A DNA stretch of 64,000 nt from Haliotis rubra (lineage: Eukaryota), in NCBI RefSeq assembly GCF_003918875.1, contig NW_025766336.1, forward strand, positions 992,001 through 1,056,000, given 5' to 3'. The notes below the pieces were generated by a model that had not been told where the DNA came from, did no database searches, and saw only the letters and a program-made list of their open reading frames with translations. The translations under genes were made by a program, and so were the position numbers. This document shows positions 47,713-62,700 of the stretch, in pieces (positions within the stretch are counted from its first letter, which is position 1; each line of letters starts with the position of its first letter).

Positions 47713-50700
47713 ATGAGAGTTTTGTCAGTTTTTCTGCTGTGGTTAATGGTATATGTGCGAGGCGGACATGCAGGGACCACGTGTGGTTTTAAGGTAACTA
47801 TAAGAAGTTGGCTATAGCGAATGTCAGATTAGTTGCAAAGCTATCTTAAATGGGATTTGAACTTTCTGGACGTATGATTTTTCTCGATAAAGAATATTCA
47901 TTTAGTGTCTATTTTTCAAAAACCGCGTGTAGTACAACATAGAGTTTATTTCACATCAAACAGAAAGACGTCGACTGCATTCAATTTGAGTTTTCTCTCC
48001 ATTCAACAAAGCCGTGGCCATGGCAACATAAATAATATCCTAGCATTCCAATTACATCATACTTTTCGCACAGCTGTCTGCAAACATGTGTTTGATGTGT
48101 CGATAACACCATGGATTCAAAACGGAAGTCGACTTCTCAAAAACACCCTTTGATGGGACTGATCGTGTCACGTCGTGATGTAGTGAAATACTGTGATTCT
48201 GCAACTTTCTTATAGCATTTAACGTTCTTCCAGAGCTGTAACAATGTGGAAGATGGCATGCTGAATGTTCATCTGGTTCCTCATACACACGATGATGTCG
48301 GGTGGCTGAAAACAGTGGATGAATACTACTATGGCGGTGAGAGTTTCCACATAATATTAGACGTTGTTACATGAGCAGCCATAATAATGGAACAATGTTC
48401 GAAGATTGTTTAGGCGTGCCATTGTATGTGTGTTGACACAGGTACCCCCGATGGGACAGGGTACGCTCTTCTTTCTCAAGAACTACCTGTTATCAACATG
48501 TGACAGTTATTCAAAAACACATGCAATATAAGAATTGTAACAATGACTGTTGATATATCATTAGCTGTTATCTGCATATGAAAATTCACTTGGTTTCAGT
48601 ACTTAAGATATCTGTCTAGCTTTGTAACTGGAATAGTCCTTTTGCGACTATGCATCAAGATGATATATACCCTATAAATCCTTCAAGAAATGGTTTAACT
48701 TCTGTAATACCTCTGAATGCCTCTCAAGAATGTCGTGTGAATGTGGTTATACTGACAATAAGAAGTGATTGTGCGATTTCATATTTTAGTAAAAACTCAG
48801 ACAGAATGGAAACTGCAGTGACATGGATCGATTCTTGGGTCCTTTGCTTGGGTCATCTCTAGAAACGATAGTCCAGATGTATTGTATGTCTTCTGTCCCT
48901 AGATCAAATCAAAAAGTAATCTGATATTGTCGTTTGTGCTCTTCCCGGTGTAAAGTGCTATGCTAAACAATGATAGTACCCATAATCGGGCTAGTAATAC
49001 ACAGTCATACATAATAGTGTGTATAAGCTATGGATATAATAGGTCGCCACTATTTCTCTCCTCAAGTACTCCCGAGGCTTCAATCTTTCGTCTCGTCTTT
49101 GGGTTAATTATTCGCTTGTAAATGTCAACTTCACCGTTCAGAACTAAATTCCAATTTCCACGGAGATTCGCTCGCGAAATCATCAAAAGTATTTCATTTC
49201 CTACTATTAGAGTACTCGCTGTCAGGTCCGTAAATACTGACTGATGCCATCTCTGTTCCTTTACCGACAGGACGACACTGATAGAGTTTTCTTCCATGAA
49301 TTATATAGAGAGAAGTATGGCCATTTTATAAATGGGGCAATCAAAGCGCTAAGCATTACCTTTACCTCCGCAGACTTGCTATTTAAACCGTTGTTTGGTC
49401 TTCCAAATAGTCATAATATCTTAAAGAATATTATGTTTCCTACACTTCACAGAAGCAATGTTAACGTTGATAACGGTAATGTTTTATCAAATAAGTACAT
49501 GTATTTACCTATTGCTAGATAGAGTTTGGGTATTGTGTATTAAGTTCTCAGTGATATCAACAACAAAAATGACAATGTTTAAATATAGAACAAAACAGCA
49601 GACAAAACGAAAACACAGTTAGACTTCTACATTCCTGTTACCTGTCTAATCCATCAGCTCGACTGGACATACAAAGAGCAGCTGTCGTCTACATACTCGA
49701 TTCTGTGATACCCCAGTTGTTGCAAAACCCGTCGAGAAGGTTCATCTATGTTGAGATCGCCTTCTTCTGGAGGTGGTGGGAGGAACAGACAGAGGAGATG
49801 CAGACCACAGTGAAGCAGCTTGTTAATGAAGGTAGAGGTGTAGCTGGTTGAAGCCGATGGCGGGTATGCTTCCAACTGAAATGAATGACATTGCCTAAAC
49901 AGAACTAGCCTCAGTAGCTCTGTATTATTCACCTTGTAAATTATCTAACTACAAGAGAAACATTAAGAATATTCGCTCTTTCACTGCTTTAGTTCCGTCG
50001 TTTACAACAGCATAACCTGTGACTATGTAGATTTCTCACCACTGGAGCAGGTGACAAACATAACGTTAAGGTATTATACATTACACAGAAAGCGAAGTGA
50101 CACTTGGGTTTTGATATTTTGTAGGGTAAGAAAAGTTAAGGGTAAGATTGTGCCATACAGTGGGTGAGTGGCGATACCTTTCTGATATATTATTTAGTTA
50201 TTTAGTTAGAAAATCATACGATTAATTTGAAAAACGTCATTTTCATCTTGAGGCTCCAACTCCAGTGAGAATAGTCTCACTGTCATGGTCAAGTTGTTTA
50301 TATGGTTTGAACTGCTACATAGTTGAATGGAACAGTTTGTTCAAACATAAAATTTGTAAACATTACAGACAATACTTTTGTTTCTTTTGTGTATCACCAC
50401 TTCTCACAAAGGTTGACTTTCATACCTGAAAGTGTGTTGTCTCAAAGACACTAATTGTCTTCTTGCTGTTTCCTGTTAGGAAGGCTAGAGTTCACTCTTG
50501 GTGGATGGTCTATGAACGACGAAGGGGCCACTCACTACAATGCGATTATAGACCAGCATACTCTAGGACTCAGGTTCCTCAACTCAACCTTTGGACAATG
50601 TGCCCATCCGCGGGTTGCGTGGCAGATAGACCCATTTGGACACTCGCGCCAACAAGCATCGCTCTTTGCTCAGGTTCATATTGCTTTCAAGAATACTACC

Positions 50701-53700
50701 GTAACTGGTATAATTATCTGGGGTCTGTAATACTCTTTGACGGGGTGTGGATAGGTGAAATACATTGTAATCATTCTCACTGTGACTGACTACGCTGGTG
50801 GAGTGGGTTGGTTGGAGCTAATTATTGCAACATATAATCCCCTCCGCGGTCCACATACCCCTCCCAACCATGATAGATGTGGTGTAAAGGGTTTACTCCT
50901 GCCAGTATAAAAAGGTCTTTAGAGCAAAATTTATATCATCGTCATTTGCATAATCCTTGCCACACCAGTCTTTCTTAAAGTTTGGAAAGAGGTGGAATTC
51001 TGATGTGCCAAATCTGGTACGCGGATTGTTCAATGACTTCAAACTCGCAAGCAATCACTGCAGCAATGGCGACAACAGACTTTTGCACGGATGCCTTGTT
51101 ACGGGAGACAACTCGCATATTTTTGCGAGTTCTCCTCAAACATTAGTTTCGATATTCACAGTTTAGCTTAGCAGATTAACAGAATATCGGCCATGAATTG
51201 TCTGACCTTACCGTCCTTAGTCCACCATTAGCCGGTGCCTGCGACTGCTTTTGAGTTTCGAGCTCATGGTGGTGAACCACGAGTAAATAGTTATAAATCG
51301 CGCAACAAAAACCTCTTGGACTAATTCTAAACGAAGTAGATTATTACGAGAGGTGACAAACAAGCCAGAAACCATTTGTCCTGTCCAGTTCATTCCTTAG
51401 AATGTGGAAGATTCCAACTGAAGTGGCTATATGATGTGTAGCTAGTGTCGTCTTTCATCCATATTCCATAAGTTGATACCATGTCTGCATGGATGCCTGT
51501 CGGAGTTATCTCAACCGGGGTCACAAGATAACAGCGCTGTTGCCAACTTGTCTATTTTCGTCAACTGAGGATACCTAGTCGTTCTGGCGCCTGCAAACCG
51601 AAATTGCGGATTTCTCGTGCATTTGATTTAGATGAAACCTGAAAGCATTTACAGCATTGAACTCAATAAATGAAGCGTGCACCATAAATCCTTCATAGAA
51701 CTGTTCAGCAACCACTCCCCTTGTGGTTTTCCTCAGATATTTTGCACCATTTGTCAGCATTCTTTAGACTTGTCTAGAGCATCATGACTTTATACCAACA
51801 CACAGAAATTGAACATGGTGGCATTCATTGTTCACGACATCCAACCGTTTACTGACAGGGAAACCAACGTGTTCCAATTTTTCTCAGAATATGAACTGTA
51901 GGTATTAAAGAAACTAATCTTTTGGCAACTCGAAATTAACGTTGCATTTTCTCATGATTCCTCGTGGTTCAAAGTTTATTCTCCAAATGAACTTGTCTTG
52001 TCCGTCACACAGGCAGATACATGTCAAAGTTTATACAGTAACTCCAAATGAACTTGTGAATCACACAGGCAGATACATGCATTACTGTGGCATCTGGCGA
52101 CGATTTATTTCAGATATCTAAATGTATCCCCACCAACAGTATTGAACTCTTAACCAGTCGTTTATCGGTATTGGTAGTTGAGCCTAATGCATGCTTTTGT
52201 TGGCGCGCGAAATGACTGGTCACCCTGATCTGTTTCTTGTAGATGGGATACGATGCCTTGTACTTTGGGAGAATTGACTATCAGGACAAAACAACGAGGC
52301 TGAATGAGAAAACAATGGAAATGATATGGAAGGGAAGCCCCGAAAATATTGGTGAGTCCGGGGGAACATGAATGAGTGCAGTATGGTGTTAAATGCCTCT
52401 GACAGCAAAATTGTATTAATATCACGATGGATTGTATATCGTCAAGTCTGGTCCAGGTAGGAAAACACTCATGTCAGGCAACCAGGCAGTTGACAGCATA
52501 CTCGGTGAGCACATGGGTACGACAGACAGGCCAACGTGAAGGTTCTAATAAGTACAATGGTTGAAAAGTCGTCTGAGACCGGTTGCCTCTATTTGTATGT
52601 CAGAAACCTATGATCATGGGTGCGGATGCATGACTACAATGTTCCAGACCGGGTTGCTGCGTTCATAGCTGCAGCCAAGGAACAAGTCGGTAGTATACAA
52701 AAGGGGGCCACTCACCTCCCTGAAATATTGCATTATTATATCATCATATGGTTGTTCGTATTCTAGGGGTAACATCCGACCTGTTCTCTGGAACCCTGTT
52801 CAATGGTTACGGTCCTCCCTCTGGATTCTGTTACGATATCGCATGCCAAGACCCGCCAATCATGGTAAGTTAGCTTCCAACACATGTCATATCTAGAACG
52901 GATGTTCCACTGACGCGGTCAGTATGCAATACCCATGTGAGAGTTACTCCTGTCTTATTCCTATTGTTATCAGGATGATGTGCGGATGCATGACTACAAT
53001 GTTCCAGACCGGGTTGCTGCGTTCATAGCTGCAGCCAAGGAACAAGTAGGTAGACAACACTCTGCTCCATGTAACGGATCATTTGCTGTAGTTTGTAATA
53101 CCCTCGTTTCCTTGGCTAAAGAGTAATTCTGAATATATGTAACATATAATATTATGCGCTCATCACCTATTTTTGTAGGCAAAACACTACACAACAAACC
53201 ACATCATGATGACCATGGGATCTGATTTTCTTTATTCCAACGCGCACACATGGTACAAGAATCTTGACAAGCTCATCAAATATGTAAACCAGCAGGTAAT
53301 CAATAATTTATCCTCATTGAATGCCTTCTTCATATCGGATTTAACAGACATACAATACAAATGTAAAATCCACTAAGTCCATTAAATGTGATTCCACTTC
53401 CCTCTCCCAAAGTGTAACACCAGGTAAAACCTGGGCGGTTCTGACTGCAACCTGTCGGGAAAAAGAAAGTAAACAGTTTAAAACTTCATTTGACCAGAGG
53501 ACTCCAGAGGACCTTTTTAAATGTTTATTCATTAAATAATGCCTGATTTTGATGACTTTGCAATCCCTACATGATGGTGTTCATAACGAAGTAACAGAAT
53601 GCATTAAGTTTCCTAATGTGCGGACAGTACTCTTACAACCTGTAACGTTTATGAAAAGTGTGTTTACGAAGAACATTACCTGTTATGTAATATATTTTGT

Positions 53701-56700
53701 AATCATTCATTTGTTTTACTAGACATACATCTATTGTTTCCCCACTTCTATCAATTTGTTTCCCCACTTCCAGCAGATGAACGGTAGCAGCGTTAACGTC
53801 CTCTACTCCACGCCGTCATGTTACACATACCATGTGAACAGAGCTAACCAGTCATACAATACAAAGGAAGACGACTTTTTCCCTTACGCTATCAAACCTC
53901 ACGGATTCCTGACAGGTTTTTACACCAGTCGACCTACCCTTAAAGGTTTCATCAGAGACGCCAACAACAGGCTACAGGTACGTTGATGTATCCCACTAAG
54001 TGAACAATCTCTAATAACTATATGTTCATAGTATAGATCCGAATTGATAAACATAAGTAATGACTTCGATGTATAATCAGAACCGATTACTCTCTATGTT
54101 ATTTGATGTTGTACTGATTGCACAGCTGTGATACAAGACTTGTATGGTAGTATGGTATACAGACCTCGTGGCCCAGCTGAATGATTCTTCTTCCCTACTC
54201 GTACACCAGATCGTGAGACAACTTCATGTCCTTGCAAACCTGCAAGACTCCAACGACAGTTTCAGTAAGATTTTCCAGTTAGGTAAGATGAAATTTACTT
54301 CACGTTATAGCCTGAAAACCATTTACTATTCAATCTACAACTTGCTATCGTAACTGAATGAAACTATGGCATATTTAGGTTCATACATGTAAATCAAGAT
54401 ATGTAGGCGACACGCATTATAACATAGTTTATGTTGTTTCCATTGCAATTTTCAGCTCTTTTTCTGTCTCGTGTACTTAAGATATGCCACCCGATGTATG
54501 TTTCTTTTTAGAATTGAAATGCAATACTAACTATAACAGAAAGTATATAATGACTAAATTAGATATACGCTTACATGAAACTCAAATTCATCATTGATAG
54601 CAATTACCCATAGTTCGTTGTGATGAGGGTATGAACGTTTTGCTTTACAGAGGAGGCTATGGGGATAGCACAACACCATGACGCCATAAGGTGAGCACAA
54701 CTCTACACATATATACATGTACATCAAGAAGACATTGGTGAGAGTTCATTGTGCAACTGTACAAAATCTAAATGTTCACCATACGTTTTAGTATAGGGTG
54801 TAGGTAAATGCCTTTCTCAACTTGAAGTTCGGATGATATAAGGTTTTCCATCTGATGAGCACTGATATTTGTGAACGTTTTTTTGTGAACGGCATATTTG
54901 GATGTTTATACTGCAGATTGTATTTTTAAAATTACCAAAGCCCCACTGGACTACGACCATATTGAATTGTATACATTGATAAAGACTTCAGTCTATGGGG
55001 ATATACACTGAATGTTCTGTACGACAAAATGAAATGTACGGTGTTATCAGAGATCATGACAACAGCAAAACATACATAACAAAACATTCGAAAGGCATTT
55101 TGAGATCGTGTGCTGAAAAAAGTTAAATTGAGGGCGAACTGTAACTTGCTTTTGATCTCGTTCATTACTGCTTTGAAAATTAGATTATTACATCCTATTT
55201 CATAATTAACACAGCTGATGATTGGTTCTCATTCTTAGAATACACAGCTCATATAAACCTATTCGGAACATAAAAATCATATCATCTACTATTTTGAGTA
55301 TGTATTCCCACGAGACAGCTGAAGGTTATAATATGGCTATCAGCGTACACACGATCAAGAGGGAACTACAAGAACCGAATGAAAGGTTGTAAAGGTCGCG
55401 AGATTCGATTCGACAGACTTGTTCAATGTATGAATGAACAATGGGAAGACGACTGGTGGTCACAACAAAGACTGATGTTAACGCTCTCACTCAGTATATA
55501 CAGTGTGAAGTATGAGATTTTTATCTTAGGCACAATACATGTGTTACAATCTCTCCATGTGACAAATGGTGTTCATTCATGGCGGATATAATTTTGAATA
55601 AAAGCAGTCTAAACGAACTCTTTCCGTAAAGGCGTTATATAATTAGAACGTTCATACTTTAAGTGACTTCAAAGTAGAATCTAATGGTTGATTTAACCTT
55701 CAATTTTCTATAACCCATAGCTGCCGAGTATCTGCGTTATTAATTATTTTTAATAGGGCTCGACAGTGTTCGTACATATAAGTATATTATACTACACTGA
55801 TAACTCATTACGTGAGTGCAGTGAGTATTGAAATGTCTGATGTTCTTTCAGACAGTTGTGTTAAACGTTTATTGACATGTAGATTACAAATATAACAGTT
55901 ATTACTGGGTTGTCCCCATTACCACAGTATCAACGTTTATTCTTCTCAACAAACTAGAGTATTCCAAAGTAAATGTTCCAACAATGTCTGTAGCTGTCTG
56001 ACACCAACGGCCATATTTGTACTACTCCCATCACACAGCCCAAAATGTGTTATATTGTATGATAAGTGTATGATAATTTTGTATGATAAGTGTATGATAA
56101 ACGCATTTTTCGCTTCTTAGTGGGACGGAGAAGCAAGCAGTTGCACGTGACTATGCTGACCGACTTGGCAGAGCGTTGATAACAGTCGAGGTAATATCTG
56201 AAGTGTTTACATGCTACACAGAGTTGTATCCCTTTAACTATTATCAGTGTGTTGGACGGACCCTCGCCGATTTGAAATTAAGCTGATTGGCGTCACACAT
56301 ATCTCAATAGCTGTTACTATCATTGTTAACTGTCACAGTGACAGATTCATTGCTAAAACGTGTCTGAAGAATGAACATATCATTACAAAGCTACTTACCA
56401 CCATTGGGAGATATATCGGAGTCAATCAATGTTGATATGATAATAGTGAATGTTTTGAGAGTGCATCACCACTTGCACTTCCTTATGACCATAGTTGTTT
56501 GTACAGTAATCGCTCTTGAAAGATGGTTGGTGTATGACGTGAAATTTGCATGTGTACGATTTTCAAACAAATATAAACGGCTAGAAACAAACACAACTGT
56601 GTGATGCGTGATGATTGTAAAACTTAATGGTATACAGTGATTTATGTACCTTCTTGAAAACCGTCAAAAATCTCTTGAAAAAAGTCAAAAAATCAAGAAT

Positions 56701-59700
56701 GACACCCCATGTACGTGTATGGGGCTACCGAGCACGTGAATCCTATGCGTTGTGTTTAGGTGTGGTGATAAAGAGATATGGTGGTGCGTTCATAACATGT
56801 CTGTAAAAGGTTTGTTAACGCTTATACTTCCTGTCCTAATTGAAAGTTTGGGTTCCCCTGTTTTTAAGAGTATATGGGACTGTATTTAGAGCAATACCCG
56901 TATGTAACCCTATATGCCGACTCGGTGTTGTCACTTCCCACTGAGAACCTTACCTGACTATGCTTATCTACCAGAACATGGAGCCATCTCGGTGTCCATA
57001 CGAATGTCCTCATCAAACACACGCAACCATAATGTAAGGCATGGTAATATGTCATATGTCTAACTGATGTCAAACTAATTATTACAAGTATTATGTTTGA
57101 AAGGATGTTGTGTTAGAGGGGCTTGCTCGACTTCTACCAAACGGTAGTGTAACATTTCCACGCTCGACCTCCTGCGGTGGCCTTCTCCCTAATGTATGCA
57201 AAGTACCACCTACAACAACAAAGGTAACGAAGCAAGCAACATGTACCGCAACATTGTTTTAATGTTATCATCAATGGCAAGAAAAGTATAAATGAAATAA
57301 TACATAATTATTCATTTAAAATAAACGATATACTCGTTGCCTTAATATTATGATAATATAATATTACTTCTTCGATGGGCATTTTAGAAGTTGAGGTGAT
57401 GAAGAATGATGATAATTTTATGGATATACAGCTTCTTTATTCTGTGAAAGGCGGCGGAGATTCTAGTGTCGTTGTCGTCGTGATCACTTGCTTGACAATG
57501 ACATTAGAATATATGTCGAAACGTCGCCTTTTACACAATAAAGAAGTTGTATATCCATAAAATCATCATCGTTCTTTATAATCTTTAAGCAATTAGCCAA
57601 CAAAGATTATGTCTCACGTGCATTTGTACACCGGAAGGTCTGTCAACAAGGACAACATTCATGATATCTGTTTTCCAGCTACAACTGATAGTATGGAACC
57701 CACTCACCCGCCCCACTACAAATTATATAAGGGTAATAGTATTCACATCTGGTTGGACCGTAGTAGGACCGAGTGGCGAGCAACTGCAGTACGATGTAAG
57801 TATACGAGCTTCACGTAATAAATACAAGATATGAATTCAACATTTTAAGGATAACGAATTCTTTTTATTCTTTGTACGGCGTTTCAGAGCTAATTCATGC
57901 CCCTTCGTCAGCATTCACCTGAAACGTCGGACAAAGAATGAAAAGAAGTTGCTATCCATAACAACGTGTCATGTATTCATGTTCATCCAATTTCTAAATG
58001 TCTTTCAAGAACTTTAAATACACACAGATGAGATATGTTAGATTTACAGTGATTACTTTGCAACTTATTCCTATATAGTTTCGTTCATAGAAGATTTGCG
58101 CCTTACTTCGACGTTTCGCATGGCGAGTTCGTACTAAACATGTATATTTTTATCTTAAATATTTATCGATCCTGAAAAGAACTCGATAAATTAAACCTTC
58201 CCACCAGGTACAGATACTCTTTGATCGTATCATTGTGCACTAGTTTCTACTCTTCAAGGCCACATGCTACAACATATATTTTCAATGAATGGTCGTATGT
58301 CTTACATGTAAAGAATATTTAAGGTGAACAAAAGCTTCAATCAAATTCATGATAGATTAAATATAATAACTTTGAAGCAATAGGTAAACACATTTTCAGG
58401 TTTTTGACGTGTCTGGAGGTGGCAAGGAAATCATCATTCCTGCCTCGCTACCATCTCTAGGATTCAGCGTTTTCTTCCTCAACACACAACAAGGTGAATG
58501 CCATTTATTGTCATACAAATATGTACACTTTTAGTTCAAATGGTCAGGATCATAATACATAGTTTCCAGAGCGATTTCAACCTGTGAAGCTTTGATACCT
58601 ATTCGCAGGATCTCCGAACAGCGGTCCTCACGTGCCGGTCAGACAAACATCCGTAGCAGATAAAGTGGTTGGAAATAAGGTAACCATAGAAATAGGAATT
58701 AGTAAATTATTGAAAAAAATATTGTAGATTACCTGTATGACGAGTTGTTCTGTCAGTACATATTACATATTACTGTACATATTACGATATTATGGATGCT
58801 GGTGTTTATTTATTAGTAATGTTTCAACTCGGGATGTCTGNNNNNNNNNNNNNNNNNNNNNNNNNNNNNNNNNNNNNNNNNNNNNNNNNNNNNNNNNNNN
58901 NNNNNNNNNNNNNNNNNNNNNNNNNNNNNNNNNNNNNNNNNNNNNNNNNNNNNNNNNNNNNNNNNNNNNNNNNNNNNNNNNNNNNNNNNNNNNNNNNNNN
59001 NNNNNNNTTGGTATTTGGTGTGTGTGTGCGTGCGCGCGTGTGTGTGTGTTGTGTGTGCAGGAGGGTGTTGGGTGTGCAGCTGTAGTGACTAATTATTAAA
59101 TAGACTCAGATAAAAGTAGCAGTACCCTCTATTACATCTGGTCACCATCCGTTCCTCACTCTATTTGTTCGAACCAGATAGTGTCGCTAGTGTTTGATGG
59201 CACGACCGGTAGGCTGAAGCAGATGAATAATCTACAGAAGAATATTAGCATGTACCTGGAGCAGGAGCTTCAGTATTACCTGTCTTATAACGGGGACTGT
59301 CATGATGATGAACACCAAGCATCGGGAGCCTACATCTTCAGACCGAACCACACCACAACGGAGACGTTTCCTCGACAGTTGTTCAATACGACGTACATTC
59401 AGGTACTGGAACAGCAATAGCTTCTACATGAGAATAGTCCAGTGTTATAAAAGCACACGACATAAAGACGGTTCCTTGTAATATCATTGATCTTGTTTAC
59501 TTAGCTCGTACTGATGCGGAGAGTTAAGCATCATAGTATTCCTTGTTGGTAATACCGGACCTGTTGGTTGTTGTTTTCTCAGATTCTTCTTGGGCGGTGG
59601 GATAACCGAGTGGTTAAATCGTTCGCTCGTCACGACGAAGACCCGGGTTCGATTGCCCACATGGGTACAATATTTGAGGCCCATGTCTGGTGTACCCCGC

Positions 59701-62700
59701 AGTGATATTGCTGGGATATTGCTAAAAGCGGCGTAAAACTAAACTCACTCACTCAGATACTTCACCACTATCAACATGGGATTGTCAGCACCTACCCCAT
59801 GCTTGTAGCAGGGTCTCACCTAAATGAGACAGCTGTATCTCTTCCGGGTCATCTCACCAGTTACACTTATAGGTTGTGTTCCCGCTACATCTAAGTCGCT
59901 GTTCAAGGCGTCTTTCAAATACATTCACCCAGCAATGCTCCTTTGACACTGACTTCTTATTTCTTGAGAGTAGTCTCCCTTCTCTTGTATTCAGGGCAAG
60001 GTGGTACAGGAGATACGCCAGGTATTTAGTCCTTGGGCTTCACAAACTATCCGCATCTTTGAGGACAAGTCCTACGTCGAGGTTTCGTGGGCAGTTGGAC
60101 CGATACCCATTGAGTATGTCGCCTGATATCTCCAGAATACTTTAACATATAAACACTCTCTCCATCCAAGTTGCGGGACACGAGTATGAACACAGAAAAA
60201 GGAACTAATTGTAAACAGGGATTCACGTTTGGTATGACATCATATCAACATTAAAGATTCGTATTGTAATCGTTGAAGAAATGCTTAACATATACTTCAT
60301 AACTGGTCATAATTGTGTAAGAGTCATGCGTGTATGAGTATACAACTATATTATTGCCTTTATTTACTTAATTGTGATGTTTACTGATCTTTATGCCAGG
60401 GACAAACAAGGGAAAGAGGTCATAAGTTTGTACAAAACTGATCTCAGGACACATGGGCTGTTCAACACAGATGCCAATGGTCGTGAAATGATGGTCAGAA
60501 GGTAATTGTCACTCTCGATGAAACCTAACTTTGTATTTGAGTCAACTACAGTTTGAAAGGGTGTAATGATTGAGTGACATTTTGCTTAATTGTTTCTGTT
60601 TGGTTATGCTATATTGCCACTTTAGAGCCAAATGGAGAGAGGGGAGGCCCATGAATATGTTCCACTCAGTTTGCCCATTTAGGGAACTGAATCCGATCGA
60701 GAACACGTTTTAACGACTAAGTCACCTTCTGTCCCTACAATGAGAGTGAGTGAGTGAGTTAATATTTAACGTCAAATCGGCAATATTTCAGCCATATCGT
60801 GACGAGAACATTTTACATTGTAATGGAATATGTATATATCATAAAACCCTACAATGAGATCAGATAGCACATTGTTCCTAATAATAGTTTCATTTATCAT
60901 GCACAATGCATGCTCGAAGCTCCCAAACAATCTGATGATTATTACCCCGGATAACCCAAGCTGACTGTTAGGCGCTTGAGGGTTATATTCACGTGACTTT
61001 ATCCCACCGGGTACCCAGTTTCTGTTGAGTGAACAGAATCACATGTGCTTCGTTGTGGGTCAGGGATGAAGTCCTAGAAACTCTCAGGAGTTAAGCTGCC
61101 AAACACGGTCACCCATCCAAGGACTCTCCGCGCCCAAAGTTGCTTAACGTCACCTGATTTGTGACCTGAGCTCTATGCACAGATCAACGGGTAAATGCAT
61201 GACAGTATACTCTTCTTACAAATCCGAGATGAATATTAATGGGTAATATGACTGTTTCAGACTAAATCACCGCGATACTTGGCATCTGAATCAGACGGAG
61301 CCAGTGGCAGGAAACTACTACCCTGTCAACTCTAGAATTTACATCCAGGTTATTTCATCAACACGGTGTAGTCCACTCTATATATGACACTGGAGGTGGA
61401 GGCAGAATGTATCAATCTTCGCCTTGTATTATCATACAGTTTTAATCCATACGTTGCCCCGTTACAACGTTAAACGTTGTTTTACTATTAAGGGCCCAAT
61501 TACTCTTACTTTCCATTACAAGTTGGAGACGTGTAGTTTAATATTCAGAAGGAATACATCTGGATAGTTTACCACAACCAAACAGCATGTGTGATCTTAG
61601 TGTTTGGCAAACAATTACCTTCAGGTTCTGTACCTGGAAGAATAACAAGAAGCAGCTTTCATGTAAAGATTTCCTAGCTTCACCACACAGATAGGCAGTC
61701 AAACGCAGGTGTTAATGCAACGCATCATGTCGATATATACACACTGGATCTTCTTACACCTTGACTTGCTTAGAGACATGATCACGTGACATTACAGCAA
61801 TTTAGATGATGAGATGCGTCGATCATCACGTGATCTGTACACCATTGCTGCCCTGATGAGTGTTTACATTGTAATCAGTATTATGTTTACATTGGGCTGG
61901 AGTAGAATGTCTTCTGCCATCCCAAGAGGCAGACAATATGTGTTTCCTGAAGAGTTTAGCTGGTCAGTTTGACGTGTACATTTTGTGTAACGTTTTACGA
62001 TGTATTTTTCGCTATGTCCGTTCGATAAATAGAGTATCAGACGATCACAATGCCCTTGCATCGTCTGTAGGACACGACAAGAAACATACAGTTCACTGTG
62101 CTGACCGATCGATCTGAAGGGGGAAGCAGCTTACGTGGTGGAGAAATTGAATTGATGGTAAACAACACTAATTACCTGACACAAAGCATTGAGTAGCATT
62201 GACGAACACTCTAGAAGCCAACACGTGCGTACATCGTGGCGAGGGCGGTGGGGTAGCCTAGTGGTTAATGCGTTCGCTCGTCACGCCGAAGACCAGGGTT
62301 CGATTCCCAACATGGTTACCATGTGTGAAGCCCATTTCTGGTGTCCCCCGCCGTGATATTGCTGGAATATTGCTAAAAGCGGCGTAAAACTAAGCTCACT
62401 CACTCACATCGTGGCGATATTTATCCCCAGCATCTACTATTCTCAATGTGGCATAAATACTTCCTTGTTCAAGTATATTGAATGGGTGTTGGACTTGTTT
62501 AATGATCAGTCGATCTGCACATGCATAACAGCTTGTGGTTTCAATAATAGGCTGTTCACGCGATAACGCTGTATAATTATCGATAATGAAGACAGCTAAT
62601 CATGTTGATGCCCTTAATTTGAAATTACACGAAGATTAGTTTTGACAAATGATGCAAATGATTCGAACAAAACATTCAGACTTGACATGTTTACACATGT

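Noticed and set aside
51349-51367. Similarity to the Gypsy LTR R sequence (GAGGTGACAAACAAGCCA)
   Set aside because: A short gapped match inside a mariner relic, compatible with chance.
61107-61175. 5S rRNA gene
   Set aside because: Only a degenerate internal-promoter segment matches; better explained as a SINE3 head.
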